Source of the DNA: a virus
Lineage: Duplodnaviria; Heunggongvirae; Uroviricota; Caudoviricetes
Virus record (IMG/VR): IMGVR_UViG_2645727640_000024
DNA length: 7,986 nt
Reading direction: 5' to 3' (one strand)
The translations under genes and the position numbers were made by a program. Numbering within the stretch: position 1 is the stretch's first letter; every line of letters starts with the position of its first letter. The notes beneath the pieces were generated by a model, which saw only the letters and a program-made list of their open reading frames with translations, was not told the origin of the DNA and searched no databases. Positions 6,305 through 7,986 of the stretch are shown one piece after another.

Positions 6305-6690
6305 GGCTGGTATCCCGTCACGCGCTGCCACTCCTGTGAGAAGAGGGCGGAAAGGCGGTTAAATTCAGCGGAGTATTCACTCAGCGAGGCACACCCGCCA
6401 GCAGTGCGATGCGCCAGCATTGCCGCAAATATGGAGGCCGGGGAGTCGTAATACGCCAGCAGTGATTCGCCGTGTGGTGTCAGGCAGTGCAACGCCAGCC
6501 CGTGTGGTGTGAAGTCCACGCGGTAGCAGTCGTCTACTGTGAAATAAAGGGTGTCTGCATTCTCCGGTTTTGTGGTGCGTGCTCTGTTGTCACGACCACG
6601 GATGTAGAGATCAAATAATCCCTGAAGAACGGGAGCCAGACGGGTGTCCTGTGTGCGCACCCATCTTGTGAAGTCATGAGCGTCAATCAT
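6301..6690 (-). CDS. Hypothetical early-operon protein (129 aa) immediately upstream of A
   Basis: ATG start; its stop overlaps the A start (ATGA). Position corresponds to the small ORFs preceding A in P2-type early operons. No family recognised. Confidence 0.6.
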   Translation of the reverse strand: MIDAHDFTRWVRTQDTRLAPVLQGLFDLYIRGRDNRARTTKPENADTLYFTVDDCYRVDFTPHGLALHCLTPHGESLLAYYDSPASIFAAMLAHRTAGGCASLSEYSAEFNRLSALFSQEWQRVTGYQP

Positions 6691-6798
6691 GCTGCAATTC
6701 TCTTTACTACAGATGTGCGAAGGCTTCCTGCCAAAAAACTCAGAAGCGGTCGGTTACAGGAATTGACGTTCTACGAGTAGTTATTGCTGGCTTGAGGT

Positions 6799-7017
6799 TC
6801 ATTTCTGTTTAATTCCGTGCATGCTGTAGAAGAAATCAAAAGTGTTATCTATGCGTATCATGAGCTCACGCTGCATCGCTTCTGGTGTTTCTGGTTCGCC
6901 TGGTGAGCCAACTCCCGCGAAGAAATCACCGATCTCGCTTTGAATAAGTGCCTTTAGCGTTGCTGAGGAACTCAGGTGTGTTCGGTGATGTCTGCGAGTG
7001 ATTCTTCTCCTACTCAT
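6799..7017 (-). CDS. Hypothetical small early protein (72 aa)
   Basis: ATG at 7017 overlaps the stop of the upstream ORF (ATGA at 7014-7017). Confidence 0.55.
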   Translation of the reverse strand: MSRRRITRRHHRTHLSSSATLKALIQSEIGDFFAGVGSPGEPETPEAMQRELMIRIDNTFDFFYSMHGIKQK

Positions 7018-7217
7018 TTGCGTGGATCCTGTACCTGTCGGATAAGATTCACCCGCGCCACATTAGTGGCGCAAAAGTAAGTGCCGTCAGTGAGATAGAT
7101 GTGGTGTGCATCCTTTTCTGAGCGGTGTTTGTCGATTGTGGTAATCAGACGTTCGTCGACTTCGTATTCACGTCCTCTGGAGGTGAAACGAACGACAGGA
7201 AAATGCTTAATTGCCAT
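7014..7217 (-). CDS. Hypothetical small early protein (67 aa from the ATG at 7217)
   Basis: Strong Shine-Dalgarno AAGGAGG 5 nt upstream of the ATG at 7217. The longer track ORF starts at a GTG (7268) inside an inverted repeat and is less likely. Confidence 0.6.
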   Translation of the reverse strand: MAIKHFPVVRFTSRGREYEVDERLITTIDKHRSEKDAHHIYLTDGTYFCATNVARVNLIRQVQDPRK

Positions 7218-7303
7218 TACGCCTCCTTGGTGTGTGTGAATACCTCTGCGAATGCAGATTGTGTTCACATTTTTTTATTTAAGCTGGGGTTTTATTTATG
7301 CGG

Positions 7304-7417
7304 TTATTCGCCAGTGAAAAAGCGTTCAATCTTTTTTACTGAATTAATAATTCGCATAATACCAATTGCACAAACCACCGAAATAATAAGAACAATCCAG
7401 GATATAAATATACTCAT
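7304..7417 (-). CDS. Candidate small single-pass membrane protein (37 aa, MSIFISWIVLIISVVCAIGIMRIINSVKKIERFFTGE); absent from the ORF track
   Basis: ATG at 7417 overlaps the TGA stop of the 7414..7656 gene (ATGA). Hydrophobic 19-residue core followed by a basic tail; TAA stop at 7304-7306. Confidence 0.35.
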   Translation of the reverse strand: MSIFISWIVLIISVVCAIGIMRIINSVKKIERFFTGE

Positions 7418-7656
7418 GCGATATTTCCCAGTTTGTACGGCTCAATATGCTCCCCGCATTCTGCGGCGCAGATAAGCTCAGAAAGTTCATTAAGTGCATC
7501 CAGATCGTCAGCGTAAAAAGCTACGTCATACAGACTCCGGATAGCCCTGGTCAATGAGTCACGGGCTGCACGTTCTGAATGAGCGCCGGATGCGCTTAAA
7601 CGAAAATAAAAACGCTCAAGTGCTTTGTTGATGAGAGTTTTATATTCTTTATCCAT
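7414..7656 (-). CDS. Hypothetical early protein (80 aa)
   Basis: ATG start at 7656, 14 nt after the TAA stop of the upstream partial ORF. No family recognised. Confidence 0.6.
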   Translation of the reverse strand: MDKEYKTLINKALERFYFRLSASGAHSERAARDSLTRAIRSLYDVAFYADDLDALNELSELICAAECGEHIEPYKLGNIA

Positions 7657-7667
7657 CGCAACACCCT

Positions 7668-7986
7668 TTAATCTGCTTTCTGAATTTCAGCTTCTGAATC
7701 CATGCAGATAATCTCGATATAGGGTTCATCGCCATTAACCTGACGAGATTTTTCGGCTTCGCTAATTATTTCGCGAATGATCTGGTACGGAAGCTCTACA
7801 GTCAGGCGTGTACCGTTCAGATAAACGTAGGTAGCTGCGTTTTTTTCAGATGGAACTACTCCGTCAATAGCTGATGCGCGTAATAACAGTTCACCGCGAA
7901 GGTGATGCTGCCAACTTACTGATTTAGTGTATGATGGTGTTTTTGAGGTGCTCCAGTGGCTTCTGTTTCTATCAGCTGTCCCTCCT
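7668..7986 (-). CDS. Hypothetical early protein, 5'-partial (open to the window end; C-terminus ...PYIEIICMDSEAEIQKAD)
   Basis: My own translation of the - strand from 7985 down to the TAA at 7668-7670 has no stop (105 codons). Not in the ORF track because the start lies outside the window. Confidence 0.5.
   Translation of the reverse strand, partial: GGTADRNRSHWSTSKTPSYTKSVSWQHHLRGELLLRASAIDGVVPSEKNAATYVYLNGTRLTVELPYQIIREIISEAEKSRQVNGDEPYIEIICMDSEAEIQKAD

Larger units (their letters stand above)
1..7986. mobile_element. Segment of a P2-like phage/prophage: late-gene end (portal) and early/replication region (A plus small early genes) flanking a variable cargo locus
   Basis: Portal-like and P2 gpA-like proteins in the orientation and adjacency expected for a P2-type genome (A ... 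variable locus ... cos ... Q). Small early ORFs upstream of A are joined by ATGA stop/start overlaps. Confidence 0.7.

Noticed and set aside
3444-6451. Multiple + strand and alternative-frame ORFs across the A gene (for example 5750..6451 at 233 aa and 4375..4860 at 161 aa)
   Set aside because: All overlap the strongly supported gpA-like frame; the translations are low-complexity, Arg/Cys/Pro-rich sequences typical of antisense reading of a GC-rich gene.
7125-7475. 116-aa + strand ORF with a hydrophobic segment
   Set aside because: GTG start, and it overlaps better-supported - strand genes (strong Shine-Dalgarno at 7217, ATGA coupling). The hydrophobic stretch is the antisense reading of the 37-aa - strand membrane peptide region.

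Overview
This window reads as a segment of a P2-like (Peduovirus-type) phage or prophage. At the left is the 3' end of a portal gene (Q-like, + strand, running off the window start). At the right is the rolling-circle replication initiator gene (A-like, - strand), followed at higher coordinates by a string of small, translationally coupled early genes on the - strand. Between the portal and A genes (about 993-3463) lies the slot that in phage P2 holds cos plus the tin/old exclusion genes. Here that slot carries different cargo: a parM/parR-like pair (actin-like ATPase plus a small adaptor-like protein) on the - strand. Beside it is an AT-rich, ORF-poor stretch (about 1500-2110) packed with inverted repeats, two intrinsic-terminator-like hairpins, a promoter-like element and candidate small ORFs. 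A 54-bp run of overlapping palindromes (1319-1372) and two 39-bp hairpin-plus-T-tract repeats flanking the A stop codon are also unexplained. The parMR cargo in a known phage-exclusion slot, together with the structured non-coding region, is the most likely candidate for an undescribed system. All homology statements rest on motif recognition by eye; no database search was run. I could not locate the cos site.
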